Origin: a virus
Length of the DNA: 64,000 nucleotides
Strand: one strand, 5' to 3'
Virus record (IMG/VR): IMGVR_UViG_3300030108_003783
Location: 69,731-133,730 of that record
Part shown: piece after piece, positions 36,885 through 48,600 of the stretch
Numbering within the stretch: the first letter of the stretch is position 1
How the letters are laid out: every line of letters starts with the position of its first letter
Position numbers and translations under genes: made by a program
The notes under the pieces: model-generated
What the model was told of the DNA's origin: nothing
Databases searched by the model: none
What the model saw: the letters and a program-made list of their open reading frames with translations, nothing else

Positions 36885-39800
36885 ATGATAGGCAATGAAA
36901 ATTTAAGTATAGAGTTTGATGAAAAGAAGCAAAGTGAATTGTTATCTTTTGAAGCTGTATTACCAGGAAGAGAAATACAGCCAACTGATTTTCTTTACCT
37001 TTTAGTTTATTCTGATGGAGAATTAATAAATACTCATTGGCTAGAAATAGCTTCAACTGAAAGAGTTAATGTAGAAGGTCAAGCTTTAGAAATAGATTTT
37101 TATGAATTATTAGTAGAAGATTTAGATTACAATGAAGGGAGTTATACAATAGAATATTGTGTAAAGAGAGAAGCAATACCTCCTAATAATTTTGCTATAG
37201 TAAAAGAAATTTCAAAAAGTAAAAAAGAAATTAGAATAGATGCTCCAGATGAAGAAGGTCTATTATCTATTAGACCAGCTTTAATTGATCAAGAATATTA
37301 TGCACCGATAGATGTATTTTGCGAAGGAGACTTTTATAAAATAGTTTCTTGGGTATTTGATGAGTATTATGAAGATCAAACTTTAATATTAAAATTTGCT
37401 GATGTAGTACCTAGAAAAATAAAAGTTGGTAAAGAAATAGAATTATGGGATAGTCTTACAAGTACAAGATTTTTCGATTTAATAATAGATATAGATTTAC
37501 CAAAAGGATTAGAAGAATATACAGAATTAAATGGTCCTAATGTAACTGTAGAATATGATATTAAAATAGCAAAGCCAACTCAATATCAATCATACGATTC
37601 TATATTAACAGGGTCTTCAGATATCAATCAGAGAGTGATAAATACAACTCTATCTTCTTCTGGTGCAGAGCTAAATATAGATTACAGAAGATTTCAAAAC
37701 TTTATACATTTTTCGTCAGCAAGAGAGAGGTTAGTAAACTTTCAATATAAACTTTCCTTAATAGAATTTTACGCTTCAAAGTCTGTTGGTCATTCTTCAG
37801 CTTTAAGTGGTCAAGCTTCATCTTCTGTTACTGGGTCTAATTTATATGTTTCTTTATCTGCAGATTTTGATTTGCAAAAAAATAAAGTAATAGGAACCTT
37901 TGATAATTATGAAAAGTTTTTATATTATGAATCTGCTTCTGGTGAAACTGCAGATGGTATAACATATTATCCAAGTACTTTTCCAAAAAGTAACTCTAAA
38001 AAAGAATATGTAAATTATTCTATATCTTCTTCTCAAGGTCAAGCTTGGTTAACTGGATCATTAGCTTCTGCATCTAGATACGATGAAGACAACTTAAATT
38101 TATTAAATAAAACAATACCAGCAGCTGTTAGATTAGATCCTAGCAATTCTAACTTTGTATTATTTGTAGATATGGTATCTCAACACTTTGATATATTATA
38201 TAATTACATAGACAGACTTGGAGAGCAAAGAGTTAGAAATGAAGATTTAAATACTGGTATATCTAAAGATCTAATATTTGACACATTAAAATCTTTTGGC
38301 TGGAAACCGCAATCTGGTTTAGATTTAGAAACGATATGGGAATATTTCATAGGTTCAGATGCAGATGGATTATATCAAACAACATCTTCAGCAGATCATC
38401 CAACAGCAGCAGAAACTATATTCGTACAATCAGAGTCATTAAGTAGAAGAGATTTAGAATTAGAACCTTTGTCTAGAGTAATAAACAATTTACCATATAT
38501 ATTAAAAACAAAAGGAACAAAAAATTCTGTTAGAGCTTTATTAAATTGTTATGGAATACCACAATCGTTTTTTAAAATTCAAGAGTTTGGAGGACCAGAT
38601 CCAAAAAGATCAGAGAGTAATTACACTGCTTCTTTAAGACCAATAGATGTACAAAATCAAGCATTAGAATTTCAAGGGGGATTACACGATTCATTAAGTA
38701 CTAAAGTTTCTTTTGTAAGTGGAACCTTTGCTGATGGGACTGCTAACGATTTTCAAAGTGTAAGCTTAAGGTTTAAAACGTCTTATCAAAATTCTCAATC
38801 CTTACTTATAACTGCACAAAACCCTTTACCTTTTGCAACTGGAAGACAAAATTTATTTTTAATTCCTTCTAGATCTGTTGGAGATCCTGATACTAAATAT
38901 GCATTTTTAAAATACTCATTTGCAGATACAAATCAAACTACTTATGTTTCTGCTTCATTAGGAAAATTACCATTATTAGATAATGATTGGTGGAATGTAT
39001 TTTTAACAAAAAATGACACAACTAAACAAGTAACTTTAACTTGTCAAAAAGCACCAGATCATGCTAATGGAAAAATTACTCATGTATCTTCTTCCGTATT
39101 AGATTATGTTTCAACAGCTGCAGGAAGACCCTTTGGTTGGGATGCAGAACAAAACGATATATTCTATTTAGGTCATGCTAGAACAATGGGAACAACAGTA
39201 TTTACTGATGCTGCATTAGGTGGAGGCCAAGCAAAACTAGATTGCTTTTCAGGCAGCATGCAAGAATTTAGAATATGGACAGAGGAACTAAATAAAGATG
39301 CAAGAGATGCACACACTATAGCTCCAACGTCAATAGTTGGAAATAATTATTCTTCATCTTATGATAACTTGGTATTTAGATTACCAATGGGAACAGATAA
39401 TAATTTTAGTTATAATACAGCATCAAACAATACTTTCACTTCTGCTCACCCTGACCAAAGTAAAACTAGAGGGGTATCAACACAAATAGTACACTTGAGT
39501 GGTTCTTTTCAATGGGAAGATCAAGAAGAAGTCTATTACGTTTCAGCTCCAAACTCTTTTGGGTTAAGAGCTATTGGTGATAAAATAAGAATAGAGAATA
39601 ATACAATAGATGGAGTATTAGATCCATTTGAAAAAATAGAAATATCTTCTGCAGATACTAATCCAATAGATTTACCTGACTTATACGTTGTATCTTCTCC
39701 ACAAGACGATTTAGATATCGATATAGCAAAACAATTTGGTAATATAGATTTAGATGAATACATTGGAGATCCAAGAGACAGATATAAAACAGATTATCAA

Positions 39801-40601
39801 AGATTGATAACTTTAAGAAAAGATTATTTTAAAAAGTATTCTGGTCCACAAAGTATACAAGCTTATGTTAGAGTAATGAAATTTATAAACACAGCTTTAT
39901 ATGATCAAATAGAACAATTGCTTCCAGCAAGAGGTACTAATGTTATTGGTATGATGATAAAACCCACAATGCTAGAAAGATCAAAAGTTGCATTTGAGCC
40001 ATCATTCTCTTTGGAAGAAAACCATTATTTAGGAAAAACAAACAGAGATTTACAAAACCTAGAACACTATACACAAAGTATACAAACATTTAATAATAGT
40101 TATTTATCTTCTTCCGATGATTATGACGCAATGGTATTTACTAGAGAAGATGGAAGTACTTCTCAATTTTCAATATTAACAGACACTGTAAAAACTGAAG
40201 CTGGTAATGAACCCAATAGATACACATTTAATCAGACAACTATACAAAATGGAGTATTTAATGATGTAACATTTACTGAAGCTGGTGTAATGCCATATTA
40301 TCATGATCAAAGATCTAGTAGTAAATACTTTAAAACTATATTCCAATATAGTTCATCTTTATCAGCATCACTAGGGAAAAGTTATTCATCATCTTTTTCA
40401 CCAACAACTTTTGTACCACAAGACGACTTTTTAGGTCTTGCAAATTCTTTTTACAAAGGTTGTAGAATGACTTCAGACGATTTTAATATAGATAGTCCAG
40501 ATACAATAGACGGTAAACCAGTAGTAGAATTTATAGTTGGTAACCCTAATACACTAATAGCAGATCAACCTTCATTCAAAGGTGACCTAGATGTTAGATA
40601 A
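36885..40601 (+). CDS. Large baseplate protein (gp7-like region plus LamG-like domain)
   Basis: LPYILKTKGT..LLNCYGI; FSGSMQEFRIW. Confidence 0.6.
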   Translation: MIGNENLSIEFDEKKQSELLSFEAVLPGREIQPTDFLYLLVYSDGELINTHWLEIASTERVNVEGQALEIDFYELLVEDLDYNEGSYTIEYCVKREAIPPNNFAIVKEISKSKKEIRIDAPDEEGLLSIRPALIDQEYYAPIDVFCEGDFYKIVSWVFDEYYEDQTLILKFADVVPRKIKVGKEIELWDSLTSTRFFDLIIDIDLPKGLEEYTELNGPNVTVEYDIKIAKPTQYQSYDSILTGSSDINQRVINTTLSSSGAELNIDYRRFQNFIHFSSARERLVNFQYKLSLIEFYASKSVGHSSALSGQASSSVTGSNLYVSLSADFDLQKNKVIGTFDNYEKFLYYESASGETADGITYYPSTFPKSNSKKEYVNYSISSSQGQAWLTGSLASASRYDEDNLNLLNKTIPAAVRLDPSNSNFVLFVDMVSQHFDILYNYIDRLGEQRVRNEDLNTGISKDLIFDTLKSFGWKPQSGLDLETIWEYFIGSDADGLYQTTSSADHPTAAETIFVQSESLSRRDLELEPLSRVINNLPYILKTKGTKNSVRALLNCYGIPQSFFKIQEFGGPDPKRSESNYTASLRPIDVQNQALEFQGGLHDSLSTKVSFVSGTFADGTANDFQSVSLRFKTSYQNSQSLLITAQNPLPFATGRQNLFLIPSRSVGDPDTKYAFLKYSFADTNQTTYVSASLGKLPLLDNDWWNVFLTKNDTTKQVTLTCQKAPDHANGKITHVSSSVLDYVSTAAGRPFGWDAEQNDIFYLGHARTMGTTVFTDAALGGGQAKLDCFSGSMQEFRIWTEELNKDARDAHTIAPTSIVGNNYSSSYDNLVFRLPMGTDNNFSYNTASNNTFTSAHPDQSKTRGVSTQIVHLSGSFQWEDQEEVYYVSAPNSFGLRAIGDKIRIENNTIDGVLDPFEKIEISSADTNPIDLPDLYVVSSPQDDLDIDIAKQFGNIDLDEYIGDPRDRYKTDYQRLITLRKDYFKKYSGPQSIQAYVRVMKFINTALYDQIEQLLPARGTNVIGMMIKPTMLERSKVAFEPSFSLEENHYLGKTNRDLQNLEHYTQSIQTFNNSYLSSSDDYDAMVFTREDGSTSQFSILTDTVKTEAGNEPNRYTFNQTTIQNGVFNDVTFTEAGVMPYYHDQRSSSKYFKTIFQYSSSLSASLGKSYSSSFSPTTFVPQDDFLGLANSFYKGCRMTSDDFNIDSPDTIDGKPVVEFIVGNPNTLIADQPSFKGDLDVR

Positions 40602-40652
40602 AACTTAAGAAAACGTATATTTATTAGTATAAAATAAAGAGAGGAAAAACAC

Positions 40653-41300
40653 ATGGGATATTTAGATAATACAAGTTTAACTGTAGATGCTATCCTAACT
40701 AAAAAAGGAAGACAGCTTCTATCAGAAGGTGCATTAGAAATAACTAAATTTGCACTAGCAGACGATGAAATCGATTATAGATTATGGGATGCAGCCCACT
40801 CATTGGGAACAAATTTTTACGGACAGGCAATAGAAAATATGCCTTTATTAGAAGCATTTGCAAATGAAACTCAAATGATGAGATATAAATTAATAACGCT
40901 TCCAAAGAATACAACTAAATTACCTTTAGTTGAAATAGGACAAACATCAATAAATCATACAAGACCAGGTCTTAGAACTGTTATATCTCCAACTACAGTA
41001 AATCTACAAGGTGGTAACAGACAAGCTGGTTATACTTGTATATTATCTAACTCTGCAATAGCAACACTAGCAGTAGCTCCTGGTGGTGAAGTTGATGCAG
41101 ATACTAACTTCTCTGCGATAGGCGATGATTCAGCAACAGCAGTATCAGTAGCAGGTACAAGATTCGTATTAACCTCGAAAACTGTTACAGCAGATACAAC
41201 AACTAATATTACTATAATAGGAAATGAAACTGGTGGTTTTGTAACAATACCTTACACAGTTAAAAGAGATCCTGAATTAGATGTAGTAACTAGTTCATAA
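40653..41300 (+). CDS. Baseplate/tail structural protein
   Basis: ILTKKGR..ITKFALADDEIDY; context. Confidence 0.6.
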   Translation: MGYLDNTSLTVDAILTKKGRQLLSEGALEITKFALADDEIDYRLWDAAHSLGTNFYGQAIENMPLLEAFANETQMMRYKLITLPKNTTKLPLVEIGQTSINHTRPGLRTVISPTTVNLQGGNRQAGYTCILSNSAIATLAVAPGGEVDADTNFSAIGDDSATAVSVAGTRFVLTSKTVTADTTTNITIIGNETGGFVTIPYTVKRDPELDVVTSS

Positions 41301-41312
41301 GAGGAATAAAAA

Positions 41313-42425
41313 ATGGCAAAAAGAATTTCAAGAATAAATAAAAGAGCTTTGAGAGAAGCAAGATTAAGAAGATCATTTAGAGGAGTAGGTGTTAGTGCTT
41401 TTAATAGATTCGATGAAGAAGATGTAATAGAATCAGATGTAGCTAAATCGATTACTTCTGCTTTATGGTCTGGTAACACTAGTACAATGGCATATGGAGG
41501 TTTTTATACAAGCTCTACACAAACAGCTTCTGCAGCTGGTGGATATCAATATGAAGTATATTCTTCCAATCCGCAAACTAATTCATCAGCATCAGTTCAG
41601 TTCAGTATTGCTTATGGTCATTATGCTGGGTCTGGTTCAGTAACTTCTTCTGGTGCATCTAATCAAGGTAACACACCATCAAAAGCAGTTTACACAGCTT
41701 TTGCAAATCAATTACTTGCAGCAGGCGATGATAAATTTACAGTAGATTCTGCTGATCAAGATTTTATGTATTTCTTAACTGTTCAAAGAGAAAGATTTAA
41801 AGAGAAAATGAACCCAGGGGGTTGGGAATTAAGATTAAAGAATGGCTCAAAGCAAGTTCATTTAATAGATGATAGTTCGATAAACTCTTCTGGAGACTCA
41901 AACGGAAACAGAGTATTTAATATTATATCCGGTACACTAGCTACAGGTCAATCTTCAACTACTGCAAATCACGGTTTCTTTTACCCAGACTTAGGTATAC
42001 TTGCTATAGCAACTAAAGTTATAAATGATAATGCAAATTCTGGTGGAGATATAGGAGATAATACTCCAGATAATATGTCAGCAGGTGGATCTACAACAGA
42101 TCAAAATTTAGCTATGTATACAGCAATATCAGGATCATCAGCATTAGGTGGATACTTTAAAGCAAGAGCAGAAGAAGATATAACTTCTACTCATTATTTT
42201 GTTAGAGTTAAAAATTCAGAATACAATTTTTCAAATAATCCAACTTTTTCTACAACAACTGGTCAATTGCAAAACGCTTCAATGCAAGGTGATCCTTCTG
42301 TTTATATAACATCAGTTGGTTTATACAATGATGAAAACGAATTAGTAGCAACAGCTAAATTAAGTAAACCTTTATTAAAATCTTTTGCAAGAGAGGCAAC
42401 AATTCGCGTAAAACTTGATTACTAA
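41313..42425 (+). CDS. Tail/baseplate structural protein
   Basis: C-terminal YITSVGLYNDENELVATAKLSKP, shared with next gene. Confidence 0.6.
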   Translation: MAKRISRINKRALREARLRRSFRGVGVSAFNRFDEEDVIESDVAKSITSALWSGNTSTMAYGGFYTSSTQTASAAGGYQYEVYSSNPQTNSSASVQFSIAYGHYAGSGSVTSSGASNQGNTPSKAVYTAFANQLLAAGDDKFTVDSADQDFMYFLTVQRERFKEKMNPGGWELRLKNGSKQVHLIDDSSINSSGDSNGNRVFNIISGTLATGQSSTTANHGFFYPDLGILAIATKVINDNANSGGDIGDNTPDNMSAGGSTTDQNLAMYTAISGSSALGGYFKARAEEDITSTHYFVRVKNSEYNFSNNPTFSTTTGQLQNASMQGDPSVYITSVGLYNDENELVATAKLSKPLLKSFAREATIRVKLDY

Positions 42426-42442
42426 TAAGGCTAGGGTATGTT

Positions 42443-44251
42443 ATGTCTGAAGTCTATAAACATTTTAAGTCTGGTGAAAAAAAGATAACTAATGCGGTTA
42501 CTCACAAACACTGGGAATTAAATTCAAATACAACTGCTTCTTTAAAGGTACTAACCTTAACTGGTAGTCTGTCTTCACAAGCTGGCGGGATAGCTTTTGC
42601 TTTAAATGATGATAACCAAGGTGCTAGTGCAAATGAAATTTTAAATACGCATAACGGTTTTTCATATTATCCCTTTTTATTATATCACTCTATATACAAT
42701 CTGTATTACGACAGAGGAGATACTAGTTATGATCAATTTTGTAATTCTTCTCCAAGCAAATCTTATAGATTAGAATATGGCGACAAAACTACAGTTTTAT
42801 CTATACCTGGTAATATATATGGAGAAAAAATAAAACCAGGTAGTTTAATTATATCTCAATCGGAACATTATTATACAGACGATAAATTTGGTAATTTAAT
42901 AGATACAACTGACACTTCTGGGTCTGCTGCATTACCTATAATTTTATCTTCTTCTATAAATCTAACATTCGATAAAAATATGGTTGATTTATTGAATATA
43001 AATGGTACAGCAAAAACAAGCGGATTAGAATATGAGAATCAAACAACTGCTTCAATAGCAGGTGGAAATTATGGATTATATGATGGTAGAGCATTTAACG
43101 TATCATTTGCCAACGACACTTCAGGTGTTAATGGTCCTTATGTAAGATTGCATGGTTCTCATAGTTTACAAGAGTCACACTCTGTAGCTGTACCTCATGA
43201 TAATAGCATTATAGAAATATATGATACAAAAGGCTTTGAAATGCCTGATGATTGGAGTATTTCTTTTTATGTAAATTGTCCGCCTTCTCAATCGGTAACT
43301 TCATCGTACTCTGGAAACTTTAGTGGAGATAATTCAAAGATAGTTAGAGAATTTAAAAGTAGAGATACAAATGTAATATTAACTTCTAGAGAATGGTTCG
43401 GAGGAAATTGCCCATTTGAAATAGCAGTATATAATAGTAGTAATGTTGATAATAAAGGAAAAGTAAAATTCTTTGCTAAATCTAAATCTGGTCCACAATC
43501 TTTAACTATAAATTCAACAGCAACAATTAATGATGGAGATTGGCATCACATACTTGTAACAAAAAATAGCAGCTTATCTACAAATAATGTACAATTTTAT
43601 ATTGATGGAGCATCTCAAGGTCAAGGGACATACCCAACGAATAACACTAAAGCTCCTATCAATTTTCACATAGGAGCAAGACCCTATAACTTTAAACAGA
43701 AACGCTACGACGATAGAACACAAAAATTTAGAACCGATAAAAAGAATAGAAATTATTTAGATCCTTTTTCGGGTTCATTAGACGGTTTGATAATTTCCAA
43801 TTATTATGTTCCAGATACTAATGTAGCAAATGTAAGTTCAAGCTTTGGTCACAATTACGTTGGAAATGTATTTTATGATCACGGTATCATTAACATTAAT
43901 CATAATACTAAAGCTGGTAAATATAATCAAAAATATCGAAGATTTAATAGTGCATTTACAGAATTAAAATTTAGAGGTACTCATATGATTAAAGAGCATC
44001 TATATGTTTGTAATATATTAGATGGTGAATTTAATGCAACGTACAATCCAACAGCAAGAGAAAAATTTGACCCAAGGAATTCTAATTTACAAGCTTACAC
44101 TACACATTCTGAATTTAATCCTTATGTAACTTCTATAGGTTTGTACGACGATTATAATAATTTAATAGCAGTTGGAAAATTAGCACAACCTATAAAAAAT
44201 CAAGATGATTATGATAATTCTTTTGTTATAAGGTTTGATACAACAGTTTAA
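42443..44251 (+). CDS. Tail structural protein with LamG domain
   Basis: DGDWHHILVT..FYIDG..FSGSLD; C-terminal YVTSIGLYDD..LIAVGKLAQP. Confidence 0.65.
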   Translation: MSEVYKHFKSGEKKITNAVTHKHWELNSNTTASLKVLTLTGSLSSQAGGIAFALNDDNQGASANEILNTHNGFSYYPFLLYHSIYNLYYDRGDTSYDQFCNSSPSKSYRLEYGDKTTVLSIPGNIYGEKIKPGSLIISQSEHYYTDDKFGNLIDTTDTSGSAALPIILSSSINLTFDKNMVDLLNINGTAKTSGLEYENQTTASIAGGNYGLYDGRAFNVSFANDTSGVNGPYVRLHGSHSLQESHSVAVPHDNSIIEIYDTKGFEMPDDWSISFYVNCPPSQSVTSSYSGNFSGDNSKIVREFKSRDTNVILTSREWFGGNCPFEIAVYNSSNVDNKGKVKFFAKSKSGPQSLTINSTATINDGDWHHILVTKNSSLSTNNVQFYIDGASQGQGTYPTNNTKAPINFHIGARPYNFKQKRYDDRTQKFRTDKKNRNYLDPFSGSLDGLIISNYYVPDTNVANVSSSFGHNYVGNVFYDHGIININHNTKAGKYNQKYRRFNSAFTELKFRGTHMIKEHLYVCNILDGEFNATYNPTAREKFDPRNSNLQAYTTHSEFNPYVTSIGLYDDYNNLIAVGKLAQPIKNQDDYDNSFVIRFDTTV

Positions 44252-44252
44252 A

Positions 44253-44699
44253 ATGAGTCATTGGTTATATAAAAATAAAATCTTAGAAGAAGCGCCTGAA
44301 GGAGCTTTTGGTTTTGTATACTTAATTACAAATATTGAAAATGGTAAAATGTATATAGGAAGGAAATACTTTGGAAAAACTAGAAGAGTTAAAAAGAAAG
44401 GTAATAAAAGAAGAAAGGTTATTAGAAAAGATTCAGACTGGAGAACATATATAGGAAGCTCCAAAATCTTACAAGAGCAAATTCAAAAAAATAAAAATAA
44501 GTTTACATTTGAAATATTAGTATTTGGAAAGACCAAAGGGCAAGTTAATTATATAGAAGAAAATATACATCATAAATATCACGTAGCAAATTCAGATAAA
44601 TTTTATAACGATTGTATAGGTCCTAGAAGATTTGCAAGGGTTTCATTAGATTCAAAAGTAATTAAAAAAATAAAAGCTATAAATTTGGATAAGTCATAA
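44253..44699 (+). CDS. GIY-YIG (Seg-like) nuclease-family protein
   Basis: GFVYLITN..GKMYIGRK..YIGSS..E..FYN. Confidence 0.75.
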   Translation: MSHWLYKNKILEEAPEGAFGFVYLITNIENGKMYIGRKYFGKTRRVKKKGNKRRKVIRKDSDWRTYIGSSKILQEQIQKNKNKFTFEILVFGKTKGQVNYIEENIHHKYHVANSDKFYNDCIGPRRFARVSLDSKVIKKIKAINLDKS

Positions 44700-44720
44700 A
44701 TTTTTGTTATATTTAGATTG

Positions 44721-45641
44721 ATGATAAAAACACGATTAAAGCGGTTAATGACTGCATTATTAGGCAGAGGCCTAGAAAGAAATAATGATGACGTATGGTA
44801 CAAGTGCCCATATTGCAATCATCCTAAACAAAAAATGAGTGTAAACTTAAAAAGTGAAAAATGGCATTGTTGGCATTGTAACGCTAAAGGTAGAAAACTT
44901 TTTGTTTTATTGAAAAAAGCTAACGCAACAAAAAAGCAATTAGAAGAATTAAAAGATATAACTGGCGATAAAACTAATTATGTTGTATCAAAGAAAAGAG
45001 ATGAGCACGTTTCTTTACCTTTAGAATTTATACCTCTTTTACATGGTAATATTAATTCGCCTCATTATAAAAATGCAATACATTATTTAAAGAAGAGAGG
45101 TTTAACTAAAATAGATATATTACGGCATAATATAGGATATGCTGAAAGTGGAGAATATAATGGTATGATAATAATACCAAGCTATGACGACGAAGGAATT
45201 GTAAATTACTTTGTTAGTAGAGCTTTCTATGATACAGATTATAAGCACAAGAACCCAAAAGTATCTAAGGATATAGTGGGTTTTGATTTATTAATTAATT
45301 GGGATGAACCTGTAAATATAGTAGAAGGAGCTTTTGATGCAATAGCAACTGGTGAAAATTCAATACCCTTGTTTGGTAAAATCTTACCAGATTCACTAAG
45401 AAAAAAGATAATAGAAAAGAAAGTAAAACGGATAAATATAATTTTAGACAATGACGCACTAGCATCTGCAATAAAACATTCTGAATTTTTTATGGGTTAT
45501 GGCATAGACGTACATTTAATTTATTTACCAGATAAAGACCCAAGTGATTTAGGTAAAGATATCGTAAATGATATGATAAGCAAATCAGAAAAATTAACGT
45601 TTGGAAAGATTATGGAGTATAAGATAAATGCAACATATTAA
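44721..45641 (+). CDS. dnaG: DNA primase (Zn finger + TOPRIM)
   Basis: CPYC..CWHC; VEGAFD; LDND; DPSD. Confidence 0.88.
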   Translation: MIKTRLKRLMTALLGRGLERNNDDVWYKCPYCNHPKQKMSVNLKSEKWHCWHCNAKGRKLFVLLKKANATKKQLEELKDITGDKTNYVVSKKRDEHVSLPLEFIPLLHGNINSPHYKNAIHYLKKRGLTKIDILRHNIGYAESGEYNGMIIIPSYDDEGIVNYFVSRAFYDTDYKHKNPKVSKDIVGFDLLINWDEPVNIVEGAFDAIATGENSIPLFGKILPDSLRKKIIEKKVKRINIILDNDALASAIKHSEFFMGYGIDVHLIYLPDKDPSDLGKDIVNDMISKSEKLTFGKIMEYKINATY

Positions 45642-48600
45642 AATTAACTTTGATGAAGTAGATAAGATTTTACATATTGCTGACGTTCATATAAGAAATT
45701 ATCAAAGGCACAAAGAATATAGATCTATATTTAAAGAGTTGTACAAAGCTGTCAAGGCTTTACCTAATAATTCTTTAGTTTATATTGCGGGTGATATAGT
45801 TCACAATAAAACTGATATATCACCAGAGCTTATAGAGATAACCTCAGAATTTCTAAAGAATCTAGCCGACCTAAAACCTACTATCATTATCAAAGGTAAT
45901 CATGACACTAATCTAAACAATGATACGAGGCTAGATACGCTGTCACCTATAGTTAAAAATTTAAATCATCCTAATTTATTTTATTTAGATAAAACTGAAG
46001 TTTACAAAATAGCAGATTGTAATTTCTCTGTTTTCGAAATATCAGATGATCCAAAAAATTATATTAAAGCAAAAGATATAGAAGGAAATAATAAAATAGC
46101 TTTATTTCACGGAGCTATAGATTCATCAGCAACAGATGCAGGTTTTAAAGTTGCAAACGAAGAACATAAAATTAACATGTTTGATAATTATGATTTAGTA
46201 TTACTTGGAGATATACATAAAAGACAATTTTTAAATAAAGAGAAAACTGTTTGCTATGCTGGCTCTTTAATACAACAAAACTTTGGTGAAGCTTATGAAA
46301 ACCATGGTTACATAGTTTGGGATGTAAAAACTAAAACGCATAAGGAATATAACATAAAAAATGAATATGGATATTATACTGTTCATATACAAGATGGGCA
46401 TATAGAACAAAATTTAAATGATATTCCAAAGTACCCTAGGTTAAGATTTAAAACTATAAATACTACACAAGCTCAAATAAAAGAAGTTGTAAAAGAAATA
46501 AGAAAAAAGTGCAAAGTACAAGACGTTATAGTAATAAGAGAAGACAAGATAAAAGGTTCTTCAGAAAACAAATCTTCTAGGAGATTAACTAAAGACGTTA
46601 GGAATGTTGATTATCAAAATCAAATGATACAAGAGTATTTAGAAAAGAATCATCAAATACAAGATGATATAACAAAAGAGATAAAAATTATTAATAGGAA
46701 TTTAAATAAAAATCTATCTGATATAGAAGTTGGTAGAGGAATAGACTGGAAACCTATAAAATTTGAATTTTCTAATATGTTTTCTTATGGTCCTAACAAT
46801 TCTGTAGAATTTGAAAAGTTAAATGGGTTAATAGGTATATTTGCTCCAAACCATATAGGTAAATCGGCATTATTAGATGCATTATCTTTTTGCTTATTCG
46901 ATAGATGCAGTAGAGGAAAAAAAGCAGACGATATAATGAATACACAGAAATCAACCTTTTCCTGTAAACTGCATTTTAAAATAGAAGAGATAGATTATTA
47001 TATAGAACGTAGAGCTAAGAGAAGAAGAAACAATACAAAGATTAGAGTAGACGTTGACTTTTGGTACATAGACGAAGGCGGAGAAAGAGTAGATTTAAAC
47101 GGTGAACAAAGAAGAGATACAGATAAAAACATTAGAGGTATAGTTGGTGAATATGAAGATTTTATCTTAACAGCTTTATCTGTACAAGGTAATAATACAG
47201 GGTTTATAGAAAAAACTCAAACTGAAAGAAAAGAGTTACTTTCACAATTTTTAGATATAACAGTATTTGAAGAATTATATCAATTGGCAAATGAAGATAT
47301 AAAAGAAGTTCAAATATTATTAAAAGACTTCAATAAAACCAATTATGATTCTGAATTGATAGAAGCAGAAGAAGAGTTAAAAGTTTTTCAAAAAGAATAT
47401 AAATCAAGCAGTTCTAAAGTTTCTAAAATCAAAGAAAAGATTAAATTTGTAAATGAAGAAATTAAAGAAATGTATAAATCTTTGAAAAAGATAAAAAAAG
47501 ATTATGATATAGATGAGCTTGAAGCAAATAAAAAGCAACTCTTAAAAGAAATAGAAATTGACTTGCAAAAGCTTGAGAAGTATTCAAACTATACAAATGC
47601 TAATAAAATAAAATACAAAGAATTAGATACAAAGATTTGTTCTTTAGATATAGAAAATGAAAGAGAAAAACATAGAGTAGCTTTACTAAAAGAAAAAGAA
47701 ATACAATCTTTAAAAAGTAGACTAGAAGTATTAAAAACAAATGCTAAAAGCGCAAAGGAAAAAATTGAAGCTATAGGAACATTCGACCCAAACTGCAGTT
47801 TTTGTAAAGACAATTCTTTTGTTAAAAGCGCAGAAAAATTAAAAAGTGATTTGTTATCGTATAAAGATTTGTATATAGAAATAAGTAATAAATTAAAAGA
47901 ATGCGAAAAAGAGTTTAAAGCTTCTGGTGATACTGAAACTATATTAGAAGAATATGCAAAATGGATGTCTAATCTTTCACAGATTAAAGTTTACCAATCA
48001 GAGATAAAAGTTAAGACCGTAACTAGAAAGGCAAATATAAAACGTTGCAAATCGGAAATAAGAGCAATAGAAAAAGATATAAAGAAATATTACGAAAAAG
48101 AAGAGGCTATACTTTTTAATGAAAAAGTTAATTCGAATATATCAAAGAAAGAATTTGAAAAGAAAAAATGGGAAGCTGACTTAGAGTTAAAAGAAGAAAG
48201 CTTATTGCAAAATCATTCTTCTGTTAATTTATGGAAAACAAAAGTAGAAGATATAAATAACACAATAGAAAAAGCGCATCAATTAGAAATAAAATTAAAA
48301 TCGTATGAATATTATTTAGAAGCAATCCAAAGAGATGGTATACCCTACGAAATAATTTCAGAAGTGTTACCTTATATACAAGAAGAGGTAAATACTATTT
48401 TATCTCAAATGGTAGATTTCAAAATAGAATTTGAAGTAGATGGTAAATCTGTTTTAACGTATATTGTTTATGATGATAAAAGATGGTCTTTAGAATTAAC
48501 TTCTGGAATGGAAAAATTTATATCTTCATTAGCAATAAGAGTAGCTTTAATAAACGTTTCTAATTTACCTAGACCAAACTTTCTAGCTATAGACGAAGGC

